Assembly (NCBI GenBank): GCA_049276455.1
Contig: JBASWL010000224.1
Span: forward strand, 50,351-114,350
Reading direction: 5' to 3'
Source of the DNA: Georgfuchsia sp.
GTDB lineage: Bacteria; Pseudomonadota; Gammaproteobacteria; Burkholderiales; Rhodocyclaceae
DNA: 64,000 nt
The position numbers and the translations under genes were made by a program. Each line of letters starts with the position of its first letter. Position 1 is the stretch's first letter. Positions 51,022-62,246 of this stretch are shown here, one piece after another. The notes below the pieces were generated by a model. The model was not told the origin of the DNA, searched no databases, and saw nothing but the letters and a program-made list of their open reading frames with translations.

Positions 51022-52611
51022 ATGAAAGCGGGTAAAGTCCCGGCTCCTGCGCTATTTGGATTTGTTGCCTTGCGTCTCTTTCGTTTCGTCAAAATCGTTC
51101 ACATCGGCCTGCGCTACGGGCTTGACCAGATGGTGCCCGAGTTTGCTTCCCCGTTTGTTCCAGTGAGCTGGCCCAAGCGTGTGATGCGCGGCTTGCTGTT
51201 CTGGCGCAATCTCTCCGCTCCACGTGGCGAACGCCTGCGCCTGGCGCTGGAAGCGCTGGGGCCGATTTTCGTCAAGTTCGGCCAGCTGCTGTCGACACGG
51301 CGCGATCTGTTGCCGACTGATATCGCCGATGAACTGGCGAAGCTGCAGGATCAGGTGCCGCCTTTCCCCACCCGGCAGGCCATCGACGAACTGGAGCGCG
51401 TTTACGGCAAGCCGCTGGCTGAAGTGTTTGCCACTTTCGATCAGGAAACGGTAGCTTCGGCCTCGGTCGCGCAAGTCTATATGGCGACCTTGTTCGACGG
51501 CCGCGAAGTGGCAGTAAAAATACTGCGCCCCGGCATCGTTCATGTGATCGAGCATGATTTATCGCTGATGCGCAGCGGCGCCAGACTGCTGGAAAAGCTC
51601 TGGCCCGAGGCACGTCGCCTCAAGCCGCGCGAAGTGGTGGCGGAATTCGACAAGTACCTGCATGACGAACTCGACCTGATGCGCGAAGCGGCCAATTGCT
51701 CCCTGCTGCGCAGGAACTTTGCCGGCTCCCACCTGCTACTGGTCCCGGAAGTACATTGGGATTTTTGCTCCACCTCGGTGATGGTGATGGAGCGCATGCA
51801 TGGCACGCCGATTTCGCAGAAGGATGAACTGATCCGTCAGGGCGTCGACATTCCGGCGCTGGCGCGCGCCGGCGTCGAGATTTTTTTCACCCAGGTATTC
51901 CGTGACGGCTTCTTCCACGCCGACATGCATCCCGGCAACATTTTCGTCGCGACGGACGCGGCCAATCGCGGCAAATACATCGCGCTCGACTTCGGCATCG
52001 TCGGCACGCTCTCCGACCGCGACAAGAGCTATCTGGCGCGGAATTTCCTTGCCTTCTTCAAGCGCGATTACAAGGATGTCGCCGAATCCCATGTCGAATC
52101 CGGCTGGGCACCGGCCGATACGCGCATCGACGAGTTCGAATCGGCGATCCGCTCCGTGTGCGAACCGATATTCGACAAGCCATTGAAGGAAATTTCCTTT
52201 GGCCGCGTGCTGCTGCGCCTGTTCCAGACCTCGCGCCGCTTCAATGTCGATATCCAGCCGCAACTGGTACTGCTGCAAAAGACGCTGCTGAACATCGAAG
52301 GCCTTGGCCGCCAGCTCGATCCCGATCTCGACCTGTGGAAGACGGCCAAGCCCTTCCTCGAACGCTGGATGAGCGAGGAGCTCGGCTTGCGCGGCTTGGC
52401 CGCCAGCCTGAAAAAAGAGGTGCCGCGCTGGGCGAAGATTCTGCCCCAGTTGCCACGCCTGATGCACCAATCGCTGCAATCGCGAGACGACAGCGCACTG
52501 CGCGAAGAACTGCGCCTTCTGCGACAGTCGCAACGGCGTCAGGGCTGGTTTCTGACCGGATTATTCGTGATGGGTTTGACCGCTCTCGGCTTGTACTTCT
52601 TTGCGATTTGA
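51022..52611 (+). CDS. ubiB: Ubiquinone biosynthesis regulatory protein kinase UbiB (ABC1/AarF family)
   Basis: 529 aa: [58 protein letters not shown], plus C-terminal membrane helices. Confidence 0.9.
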   Translation: MKAGKVPAPALFGFVALRLFRFVKIVHIGLRYGLDQMVPEFASPFVPVSWPKRVMRGLLFWRNLSAPRGERLRLALEALGPIFVKFGQLLSTRRDLLPTDIADELAKLQDQVPPFPTRQAIDELERVYGKPLAEVFATFDQETVASASVAQVYMATLFDGREVAVKILRPGIVHVIEHDLSLMRSGARLLEKLWPEARRLKPREVVAEFDKYLHDELDLMREAANCSLLRRNFAGSHLLLVPEVHWDFCSTSVMVMERMHGTPISQKDELIRQGVDIPALARAGVEIFFTQVFRDGFFHADMHPGNIFVATDAANRGKYIALDFGIVGTLSDRDKSYLARNFLAFFKRDYKDVAESHVESGWAPADTRIDEFESAIRSVCEPIFDKPLKEISFGRVLLRLFQTSRRFNVDIQPQLVLLQKTLLNIEGLGRQLDPDLDLWKTAKPFLERWMSEELGLRGLAASLKKEVPRWAKILPQLPRLMHQSLQSRDDSALREELRLLRQSQRRQGWFLTGLFVMGLTALGLYFFAI

Positions 52612-52681
52612 AACTGCGCTGGTCCGGTAGAGAGTTGTGTTCGCCGAACACCCGGGCACAGCCACATGCCGTCCACCATCC

Positions 52682-54505
<1,824 letters not shown>

Positions 54506-54605
54506 ACGGGTTCTGATTTGCCGCTCAAGTGGGAATCCAGAATTAACCATCCGTTGCTGCCAAGGCTTTCGGTGCCATTCGGGCCGAGATTTTGCCGAAA
54601 GACAT

Positions 54606-54666
54606 CGTCATCTCGCGGGGATTCCCGTTGGTCATTGCGAGGAGGCGTAGCCGACGCGGCAATCCA
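54606..54666. repeat. Degenerate REP-like relics (GTCAT...CGCGGGGATTCCC and GTCATTGCGAGG...GCGGCAATCC types)
   Basis: TCGTCATCTCGCGGGGATTCCCG is followed directly by GTCATTGCGAGGAGGCGTAGCCGACGCGGCAATCCA. Both resemble short intergenic palindromic repeat families widespread in proteobacteria. Confidence 0.45.
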
Positions 54667-54794
54667 TGCAGTTGTTATCACCGTCGCTTTTCTTCTGATA
54701 GCGGAGTAGTCAGAGACCACGGTTTATCAACATTGACGACTGCATAAATCTTCCGCGTCCACACGCTGCACAAGATCGCCTGCCCCGTCCCGCT

Positions 54795-54820
54795 GGATTC
54801 CCGCTTTCGCGGGAATGACG
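54795..54820. repeat. REP-like palindrome ATTCCCGC-TTTC-GCGGGAAT
   Basis: Perfect 8-bp stem flanked by GG...GACG, followed by GTGTTTTTT. It could also act as a distal terminator for recQ. Confidence 0.55.
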
Positions 54821-55043
54821 TGTTTTTTATGAAATGTTTCATCAAGAATGAACACTACCCTGGTAGGGGAATTATTCCTTGCGATCCAGAGCTTTAGTAT
54901 TGTGGCTGGATCAGGTTCATGCTGATAGACTTAGCTGATCCGCAAGTCTGCGTCTTTCCCTACGGCATTTGTTTCGTGTCCCGGAGGACGCATGGTTTGC
55001 CGTTTTTACTTGACCGAAGCTCAACGATTCCGGGGGTATTTGA

Positions 55044-55940
55044 ATGACCATCAACAAGGTAGGCATCATCGGCTGCGGCACCATGGGATTGGGCATGGCG
55101 CACGTCATGGCTCAGGCGGGAATCCCTGTTGTCCTGGTCAAGGCGACCCCCGGCTCCACCGAGCGCGCACAGAAATCGCTGAGAGCGTCGCTGGACAAGA
55201 TGGTCGAGCGCGACAAACTGGAAGCGGCACAAAGGGACTCCATACTCGGACTGATCCGGTTTTCGGACAAGGAATCGGTGGTATCCGATTGCGATATGGT
55301 GGTCGAATCCATCGTGGAGGATCTTCCAACCAAGCTCGATCTGTTCCGGAGACTGGAGACAATCACCGCTCCGGAGGCTATCCTGGCGACCAATACCTCG
55401 ACCCTGTCGGTGACCTCGATGATGGCGGTGTGCAAGCACCGCCAGCGCGTCGCCGGTCTGCACTTCTTCAATCCGGCACCGGTAATGAAACTGGTCGAGA
55501 TCATTCATGCCTTCGAGACCTCGGAAGAGACCATCGAGCGACTAAGATTGTTCTGCCAGAAACTGGACAAGGATCCGGTCGTCGTCCAGGACACCACGGG
55601 CTTCATCGTCAATCGCCTGCTCACACCCTACATGCTGAGCGCCATCCATCTGCTGGAGATGGGTACCGGTACCATCGAGACAATCGACTACGCCATGGTA
55701 GCGGGGGCGGCACACCCGATTGGGCCCTTCGCGCTGGCGGACTTCATCGGGCTTGATGTCGTCAAGGCCATGGCGGAGAACATCTACGAGGACATGCACC
55801 AACCTCACGTTGCCACGCCCCATACCTTGCAGCGACTGGTGTCGCTGGGCTATCTGGGCCGCAAGGTTGGCCGCGGGTTTTACGACTACTCGGTTAAGCC
55901 CCCGGTGCAAAACCCTGACCTGCGCCGGCCGGTTTCCTGA
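55044..55940 (+). CDS. 3-hydroxyacyl-CoA / 3-hydroxybutyryl-CoA dehydrogenase
   Basis: 298 aa: VGIIGCGTMGLGMA Rossmann motif, ATNTSTLSVT, GLHFFNPAPVMKLVEI, GFIVNRLL. Confidence 0.85.
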   Translation: MTINKVGIIGCGTMGLGMAHVMAQAGIPVVLVKATPGSTERAQKSLRASLDKMVERDKLEAAQRDSILGLIRFSDKESVVSDCDMVVESIVEDLPTKLDLFRRLETITAPEAILATNTSTLSVTSMMAVCKHRQRVAGLHFFNPAPVMKLVEIIHAFETSEETIERLRLFCQKLDKDPVVVQDTTGFIVNRLLTPYMLSAIHLLEMGTGTIETIDYAMVAGAAHPIGPFALADFIGLDVVKAMAENIYEDMHQPHVATPHTLQRLVSLGYLGRKVGRGFYDYSVKPPVQNPDLRRPVS

Positions 55941-56189
55941 TTCAGGCAAGACGTGACGGCGGCTCGGCCAGCGCTGTCACGCCAAAGAGGCAGAGACTTC
56001 TGACTTTCTGAAACAACAAAAAATTGTTGATGGGACATTGCGGTCGCAGGCAGTTCGAAATCGCCCTGCCACCCGCAACAAACTGTTTGCGGCGATGCCA
56101 GGACGAAGCGCCAAACGTATTATAAACGGCCCTATAATTTGCCGCATAGTGCCGCCAGCGGCTGTTCTTCAACGACTCAGGGTCATGTC

Positions 56190-57683
56190 ATGCTTCTCTG
56201 GTTTGTCATCATCTACTGGCTGATTTCCGTTGCCATCGGCCTCTACGCCGCAACGCGGGTGCATAACACCAAGGATTTCGCCGTCGCCGGTCGCCACCTG
56301 CCTTTCTACATGGTTACGGCCACCGTGTTTGCCACCTGGTTCGGTGCGGAAGCCGTGCTCGGCATTCCCGCCACCTTTCTTGATGAAGGCTTGCGCGGCA
56401 TCGTTGCTGATCCCTTTGGTTCCTCGCTGTGCCTGATCCTGGTCGGATTGTTTTTTGCGGTGCCGCTCTACCGCATGAATTTGCTCACCATTGGCGATTT
56501 CTACAAAAGGCGCTATGGGCGAACCGTCGAAATCATGACCACGCTGGCCATCGTGGTTTCCTATCTGGGCTGGGTTGGCGCCCAGATCACTGCGTTGGGC
56601 CTGATCTTCAACGTTGTTTCCGATGGCGCCATCAGCCAGGTCACCGGCATGTGGATCGGCTCTTCGACGATTCTGGTCTATACGATATTTGGCGGCATGT
56701 GGGCGGTGGCGATCACTGACTTCCTGCAGATGATCGTCATCGTGCTCGGCATGCTCTGGATCGGCGGCGAGATCAGCGATCAGGTCGGCGGCGTCGGCGT
56801 GGTCATCGGCCATGCGCGCGGTGCAGGACTGTTCGAGTTCTGGCCGGCGCTCGACATCAAGGAAATCATTGCCTTTGCCGCCGCCGGAATGACCATGATG
56901 CTGGGTTCGATTCCACAGCAGGACGTGTTCCAGCGCGTGCAATCGTCGAAGTCTGAAAAAATTGCGATGTGGGGGTCGGTACTCGGCGGTTCGCTCTATT
57001 TCGCCTTCGCCTTCGTGCCCATGTTGCTGGCCTATTCGGCGACGCTTATCGATCCGGATATGGTGGCCAGACTGAAGCAAAGCGATTCGCAAATGATCCT
57101 GCCCACCCTGGTCCTGCAACATGCGCCACTGTTTGCGCAGGTGATGTTCTTTGGTGCCCTGTTGTCCGCCATCAAGAGCTGCGCTTCTGCCACCTTGCTT
57201 GCGCCTTCGGTTACCTTCTCGGAGAACATCCTGCGCCCGATGTTCCCTCGCCTGTCAGACCACAAACAGTTGCGGATGATGCGCATCGTGACCTTCAGTT
57301 TCACCATCATCGTCACGTTTTACGCGATCTACTCCGAGGCCAGCATTTTCAAGATGGTGGAGAACGCCTATCAGATCACCCTGGTCTCGGCCTTCATCCC
57401 GCTGGTGTTCGGCATCTACTGGCGGCGCGCCACCAATCAGGGCGCGCTGGCGGCGATTTTCCTCGGTGCGGCGATATGGATCTCCGTGTTGATTGCCGGG
57501 CCCGAAGAACCCTTTATTCCGGCCCAGTTTGCCGGCCTGATCGCGAGTTTTTTTGGCATGATCGCTGGCTCGCTGATGCCGCAGTTCGTGCATCACGATC
57601 CCCATATTCATGACCAGTTGCGCCACGGCCACCATGCCGCCACGCAGGCCCACCACGCGGAACCCATTCACCACCACACGTAG
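56190..57683 (+). CDS. Sodium:solute symporter family (SSF) transporter with His-rich C-terminal tail
   Basis: Trimmed to ATG 56190 (MLLWFVIIYWLISVAIGLYAA...DFAVAGRHLPFYM). It is polytopic throughout. The last 30 residues contain 12 His. Confidence 0.85.
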   Translation: MLLWFVIIYWLISVAIGLYAATRVHNTKDFAVAGRHLPFYMVTATVFATWFGAEAVLGIPATFLDEGLRGIVADPFGSSLCLILVGLFFAVPLYRMNLLTIGDFYKRRYGRTVEIMTTLAIVVSYLGWVGAQITALGLIFNVVSDGAISQVTGMWIGSSTILVYTIFGGMWAVAITDFLQMIVIVLGMLWIGGEISDQVGGVGVVIGHARGAGLFEFWPALDIKEIIAFAAAGMTMMLGSIPQQDVFQRVQSSKSEKIAMWGSVLGGSLYFAFAFVPMLLAYSATLIDPDMVARLKQSDSQMILPTLVLQHAPLFAQVMFFGALLSAIKSCASATLLAPSVTFSENILRPMFPRLSDHKQLRMMRIVTFSFTIIVTFYAIYSEASIFKMVENAYQITLVSAFIPLVFGIYWRRATNQGALAAIFLGAAIWISVLIAGPEEPFIPAQFAGLIASFFGMIAGSLMPQFVHHDPHIHDQLRHGHHAATQAHHAEPIHHHT

Positions 57684-57692
57684 AATCAGGCG

Positions 57693-58751
57693 ATGGCCGA
57701 CCGACACAACGCCCTTGCGCGCCACCTTGCCATCGCCTTTACCCTGCTGGTGGTCTATGCCAGCCTGCATCCGTTCAGCGGCTGGCGCGATCTCGGTGCC
57801 CCGCTGCTGGCATGGCTGACCACAGGCTGGCTGCGCTATTCGACCTGGTTCGACATTGTCATCAATGTGGTCGGCTACCTGCCCTTCGGTTTTCTGTGGA
57901 CCACGGTGCTGCAACAACGCCTCGGACGCTTGCTGGCCATCGCTGTGGTGACCTTGCTTGGCGTCTTGCTGAGCGGGACCATGGAGACGATACAAAACTA
58001 TTTGCCGCGCGTGCCCTCCAATCTCGATCTCGCCGGTAACACTCTGGGCGCCTTGTGCGGCGCCATCCTGGGTGTGCGCTGGGGCAGCGCACTGCTTTAC
58101 GGCGGCCGTCTCGCCGCGCTGCGCGAACGAATCTTTTTGCCGGGCTTTGCCGGGGACAGCGGGTTGGTGTTAATGGGCTTCTGGCTGCTGACGCAGGTGA
58201 ATCCCGAGTCGCTGCTGTTCGGCAACGGCGACCTGCGCCGTGCGCTTGGCATCGAACCGACGCTGGCTTTTGATGTATCGCACTTCTCCCACATCGAGGC
58301 CGCCATCGCCGCGATCAACACCTTGGCGACCGGGTTGGTGCTGGCGGCATTGGGATTGAAGACGCGCGCCGTATTTTCCGTGCTGCTGCTTGGCATGACG
58401 ATACGTACGCTGGCAGCAGCGATTCTGGTCGGCCCGGCGGCTTCCCTGCACTGGATGACGGGTGGCAATGCGAGCGGTGTCGCCATCGGCTGCCTGGCCC
58501 TGCTGCTCGCGGTTGGCCTCGTGCCGGCATTGCGCCGTACGCTCGCCGCGCTGGCCCTGCTGCTGGCAACGGTGCTGGTGAACCTTGCACCGCTGAATCC
58601 CTATCTTGCCGAGGCCGCTCAGATCTGGCGCGCGGGGCATTTTCTCAACTTCAACGGCCTGACCCGACTGCTGTCGATGTTGTGGCCATTTCTTGCGTTA
58701 GCATGGCTGCTACTACCGGACCGGGATCCATGGAAAGCAAAGACAAAATAA
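57693..58751 (+). CDS. VanZ-like family membrane protein with extended C-terminal membrane domain
   Basis: 352 aa. The N-terminal ~130 aa is VanZ-like (LLVVYASLHPFSGWRD, NVVGYLPFGFLW, DLAGNTLGALCGAI). About six further hydrophobic helices follow. Confidence 0.6.
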   Translation: MADRHNALARHLAIAFTLLVVYASLHPFSGWRDLGAPLLAWLTTGWLRYSTWFDIVINVVGYLPFGFLWTTVLQQRLGRLLAIAVVTLLGVLLSGTMETIQNYLPRVPSNLDLAGNTLGALCGAILGVRWGSALLYGGRLAALRERIFLPGFAGDSGLVLMGFWLLTQVNPESLLFGNGDLRRALGIEPTLAFDVSHFSHIEAAIAAINTLATGLVLAALGLKTRAVFSVLLLGMTIRTLAAAILVGPAASLHWMTGGNASGVAIGCLALLLAVGLVPALRRTLAALALLLATVLVNLAPLNPYLAEAAQIWRAGHFLNFNGLTRLLSMLWPFLALAWLLLPDRDPWKAKTK

Positions 58752-59059
58752 TCCAGTTGCGTGATGCCCTGCGCAAATTCACCGCCGCGCGCGACTGGCG
58801 CCAGTACCATACGCCGAAAAACCTTGCCATGGCGATGATTGTCGAAGCGGCCGAGCTGGTCGAGCAGTTCCAGTGGATGACGCCAGAACAGAGCCTGGCG
58901 CTGTCGGATCAACAACACGCCGCCGTGCGCGACGAAGTGGCCGATACGCTGATCTATCTGATCGAACTGGCCGATGTGCTCGACATCGACCTCATCGCTG
59001 CAGCACACGACAAGATGGCGAAGAATGCGATCAAATACCCAGTGAGGTGTGAGGGGTGA
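58730..59059 (+). CDS. MazG-like nucleotide pyrophosphohydrolase
   Basis: Trimmed to ATG 58730. FTAARDWRQYHTPKNLAMAMIVEAAELVEQFQW and RDEVADTLIYLIELADVLDIDL carry the EExxE/ExxD-type motifs. It overlaps the vanZ-like gene end by 22 nt. Confidence 0.8.
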   Translation: MESKDKIIQLRDALRKFTAARDWRQYHTPKNLAMAMIVEAAELVEQFQWMTPEQSLALSDQQHAAVRDEVADTLIYLIELADVLDIDLIAAAHDKMAKNAIKYPVRCEG

Positions 59060-59111
59060 GGAGGCAAGCCAGCGTGCTGGCGCGTGATGCGTCGGGGTTT
59101 CTCCTCACTCC
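59053..59111. repeat. Nested inverted repeat at the mazG-like stop codon
   Basis: The outer arms GGGGTGAGGAG / CTCCTCACTCC are 11 bp with 1 mismatch. They enclose a perfect inner hairpin GCCAGC-GT-GCTGGC (59068-59081). Confidence 0.4.
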
Positions 59112-59147
59112 TGACGACTTGCTCCTCAAGCCTTTCAGGGAATTCGA

Positions 59148-59456
59148 ATGAGTCATTACAAGCGTCACGTCTTTTTCTGCACCAATCAGCGTGCGAACGG
59201 CGAAGCCTGCTGCCAGAATCATGGCGCCGACGAAATGCGCGCTTATGCCAAGGAACGCATGAAGGAACTGGTGCCGAAATCCGTAGGGCGCATGCGCATC
59301 AATTCCGCCGGCTGTCTTGACCGCTGTAACCTGGGCCCGGTGCTGGTGGTCTACCCTGATGGCGTCTGGTACTCGTATAGCGACAAAAAAGACATTGATG
59401 AAATCATCACCGAACATCTGCTGCATGGCCGTATCGTAGAACGGCTGAAGATATAG
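59148..59456 (+). CDS. Thioredoxin-like [2Fe-2S] ferredoxin domain protein
   Basis: 102 aa: HVFFCTNQRANGEACC...INSAGCLDRCNLGPVLVVYPDGVWY, with the four-Cys pattern of the thioredoxin-like 2Fe-2S family. Confidence 0.8.
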   Translation: MSHYKRHVFFCTNQRANGEACCQNHGADEMRAYAKERMKELVPKSVGRMRINSAGCLDRCNLGPVLVVYPDGVWYSYSDKKDIDEIITEHLLHGRIVERLKI

Positions 59457-59463
59457 AAAGAAA

Positions 59464-60111
59464 ATGGCACACGAACGCATGCTGATCCCGGGACCGTCGG
59501 ACGACATCGAGGTTTTCGTCGAGTCACGCGAAGCGCCGCAAGGCATGGTGATCGTCGGCCACCCGCATCCACTGTTCGGCGGCAGCGCCGACAACAAGGT
59601 GGTGACGACATTGGCGCGCGCCTTTCGCGAAATGAATTGCGTCACTCTACGGCCGAATTTTCGCGGCGTTGGCGCATCAAAAGGCGAGCACGATCACGGC
59701 ATCGCCGAAACGGATGATCTGCACGCGGTTTACGAATTTGCCCGGGCGCGGTTTGGCAACCTGCCGCTTTATCTTGCCGGCTTCTCCTTTGGGGCCTTCG
59801 TCATCACGCGCCTGGCCAAGCGCCTTGCCGACGAGGGGGCTCCGGCACGGCGACTGGTGCTGGTCGGCACCGCGGCCGGTCATGTTGAAGGCGCTCGCAG
59901 CTATGAGATGAGCGCGGTGCCGCAAGATACTATCGTCATACATGGTGCGAAGGACGAAACCGTGCGCCTGGAAAACGTGCTGCAATGGGCCGAGCCGCTC
60001 GAACTGCCGGTCATTGTGGTGCCCGGCGCCGACCACTTCTTTCATCGCCGGTTGCATATCATCCGCGCCATCGTCCAGCGCAGCTTTCGTCCGCTGCCGG
60101 TTGGAGAATGA
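59464..60111 (+). CDS. Alpha/beta hydrolase fold protein
   Basis: 215 aa. It has a nucleophile-elbow-like GFSFGA and conserved HPHPLFGG and HGAKDE..., PGADHFF blocks. The stop overlaps the ovoA start (ATGA). Confidence 0.7.
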   Translation: MAHERMLIPGPSDDIEVFVESREAPQGMVIVGHPHPLFGGSADNKVVTTLARAFREMNCVTLRPNFRGVGASKGEHDHGIAETDDLHAVYEFARARFGNLPLYLAGFSFGAFVITRLAKRLADEGAPARRLVLVGTAAGHVEGARSYEMSAVPQDTIVIHGAKDETVRLENVLQWAEPLELPVIVVPGADHFFHRRLHIIRAIVQRSFRPLPVGE

Positions 60112-62246
60112 TTGTGGGTAATATCCTGTTCCCACGTACGCCGCTACTGGAGGGGAAAGATGTCGAGGCCAAGCGCGCCGAGATTCGGCATTATTTCCAC
60201 GCCACCTGCGACCGCTACGAATCGCTGTTCGAAGTGCTCACTTGCGACGAGGCGTATTACAAGAAGCCGATCTCACTGCGTCATCCGCTGATTTTCTATC
60301 TCGGCCATACCGCGACTTTCTTCATCAACAAGTTCATTCTGGCCGGGCTGATTGACAAGCGCATCAACCCCAGGTTCGAATCCATGTTTGCCGTCGGCGT
60401 CGACGAGATGAGCTGGGACGATCTCAACGAAGCGCACTACGACTGGCCAACGCCTGCGGAAGTCATGGCCTATCGGAGCGAGATGCGTGAGGTCGTGGAT
60501 CGCGTCATCGCGGAAACGCCACTGACATTGCCGATAGGCTGGACGCATCCATTCTGGGTCGTGCTGATGGGCATCGAACATGAACGCATCCATCTGGAAA
60601 CCTCGTCGGTGCTGATCCGCCAGCACGACATCAAGTTCGTGAAACCGCATCCGGCCTGGATGCCTTGCCGTCAGTCCGGCGCTGCGCCACAGAACGATCT
60701 GGTGGCGATTGCGGCCGGAACCGTCAATGTCGGCAAGCCTTTCGACGACCCCATTTACGGCTGGGACAACGAGTACGGCCAGCATGAGGCCGAAGTGCCG
60801 ACTTTCCAGGCCAGCCGCCATCTCGTCTCGAACCAGGAATTCCTCGCCTTTGTCGAAGCGGGCGGCTATGCCGACGACAGCGTATGGGAAGAGGAGGGCC
60901 TGCACTGGCGTCAGTTCGCACGGGCTACGCAGCCGACCTTCTGGATCAGGCGTGGTGCCGATTGGCACTTGCGCCTGATGTGCGAAGAAGTGCCGATGCC
61001 GTGGGACTGGCCGGTGGAAACCAACTATCACGAGGCCAAGGCTTTCTGTAACTGGAAGGCGCGTGCGACCGGCCTGCCGGTGCGCTTGCCGAGCGAAGAC
61101 GAATGGTACCGGCTCTACGATAGCGCCGGTCTCAGCGATCCAGCCAGCGATGATGTCGTCGCGGCCAATTTGCATCTCGACCAATGGGCCTCGTCCTGTC
61201 CCGTGACACAGTTCCGTCACGGCGATTTGTACGATGTGGCCGGCAATGTCTGGCAATGGACTGAAACACCGACCTATCCCTTCGACCATTTCGCGGTGCA
61301 TCCGATCTACGACGACTTCACCACGCCTACCTTCGATGGCCGTCACAACCTGATCAAGGGCGGCGCATGGATTTCCTGCGGCAACGAATCTGTGCGCGCC
61401 TCGCGCTATGCCTTCCGCCGCCATTTCTTCCAGCACGCGGGCTTTCGTTATGTCGTGGCTGAACATGCACCGGCCTCTGCGGCCATCGGCTATGAAAGCG
61501 ACCGCTCGCTGAGCGAGTACAGTGAATTCCACTACGGCGACGAATATTTCGGCGTACCGAACTTTCCCCGCGCGCTGGCACAGGTCGCCATTGAGGCGAT
61601 GGGCCAGCGGCCAGCGAGGAGGGCGCTCGATCTCGGTTGTGCCACGGGCCGAGCCAGTTTCGAACTGGCGCGCCATTTCGAGCACGTTCATGGCATCGAT
61701 TTCTCGGCACGCTTCATTGGTGTCGGGGCTCGCCTCGCCGAGCAGGGGGTGCTGCGCTACACACTCGCCGAGGAAGGCGAACTGGTGCTCTACAAGGAGC
61801 GCACGCTGGCCGAATTCGGGCTGGACGCAGTGCGTCACAAGGTCGAGTTCCATCAGGGCGATGCCTGCAACCTGAAGGACATCTTTACTGGTTACGATCT
61901 GGTGATTGCCGCCAACCTCATCGACCGCCTCTATAGCCCGGCGAAATTTCTGCAATCGGTGCATGAGCGCATCAACCCCGGCGGCCTGCTGCTGATCGCT
62001 TCGCCCTATACCTGGCTTGAAGAGTACACGCCGCGTAGCGAATGGCTGGGCGGCTTCAAGCGCGATGGGGAGAGTTTCACCACGCTCGACGGCCTGAAGC
62101 AAATGCTCGATACGCATTTCCGCCTTATCGAAGGTCCGCGCGAAGTGCCCTTGGTGATCCGCGAAACACGGCACAAATTTCAGCACAGCCTGTCGGAAGT
62201 GACGATCTGGGAAAAACGAACTGAACAGGATCAGGCCGGGGGATAG
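60108..62246 (+). CDS. ovoA: 5-histidylcysteine sulfoxide synthase / 4-mercaptohistidine N1-methyltransferase OvoA
   Basis: Trimmed to ATG 60108 (712 aa). The N-terminal DinB-like region carries the iron-binding H-x3-H-x-E motif (GIEHERIHLE). The central domain is FGE-sulfatase-like (GNVWQWTE, GGAWISCG). The C-terminal domain is a SAM methyltransferase (ALDLGCATGRASFELA). Confidence 0.9.
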   Translation: MIVGNILFPRTPLLEGKDVEAKRAEIRHYFHATCDRYESLFEVLTCDEAYYKKPISLRHPLIFYLGHTATFFINKFILAGLIDKRINPRFESMFAVGVDEMSWDDLNEAHYDWPTPAEVMAYRSEMREVVDRVIAETPLTLPIGWTHPFWVVLMGIEHERIHLETSSVLIRQHDIKFVKPHPAWMPCRQSGAAPQNDLVAIAAGTVNVGKPFDDPIYGWDNEYGQHEAEVPTFQASRHLVSNQEFLAFVEAGGYADDSVWEEEGLHWRQFARATQPTFWIRRGADWHLRLMCEEVPMPWDWPVETNYHEAKAFCNWKARATGLPVRLPSEDEWYRLYDSAGLSDPASDDVVAANLHLDQWASSCPVTQFRHGDLYDVAGNVWQWTETPTYPFDHFAVHPIYDDFTTPTFDGRHNLIKGGAWISCGNESVRASRYAFRRHFFQHAGFRYVVAEHAPASAAIGYESDRSLSEYSEFHYGDEYFGVPNFPRALAQVAIEAMGQRPARRALDLGCATGRASFELARHFEHVHGIDFSARFIGVGARLAEQGVLRYTLAEEGELVLYKERTLAEFGLDAVRHKVEFHQGDACNLKDIFTGYDLVIAANLIDRLYSPAKFLQSVHERINPGGLLLIASPYTWLEEYTPRSEWLGGFKRDGESFTTLDGLKQMLDTHFRLIEGPREVPLVIRETRHKFQHSLSEVTIWEKRTEQDQAGG

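Noticed and set aside
60373-60383. GGTTCGAATCC, a tRNA T-arm-like string
   Set aside because: It lies inside the ovoA reading frame and has no flanking acceptor, D or anticodon stems. No other tRNA-like signatures were seen in the window.
60273-62186. 637-aa ORF antisense to ovoA
   Set aside because: It lies entirely within and opposite a gene with strong domain-by-domain identity (OvoA). Its translation is Arg/Ala/Gly-rich with no recognisable motifs and no RBS. Long stop-free antisense frames are expected in GC-rich coding DNA.
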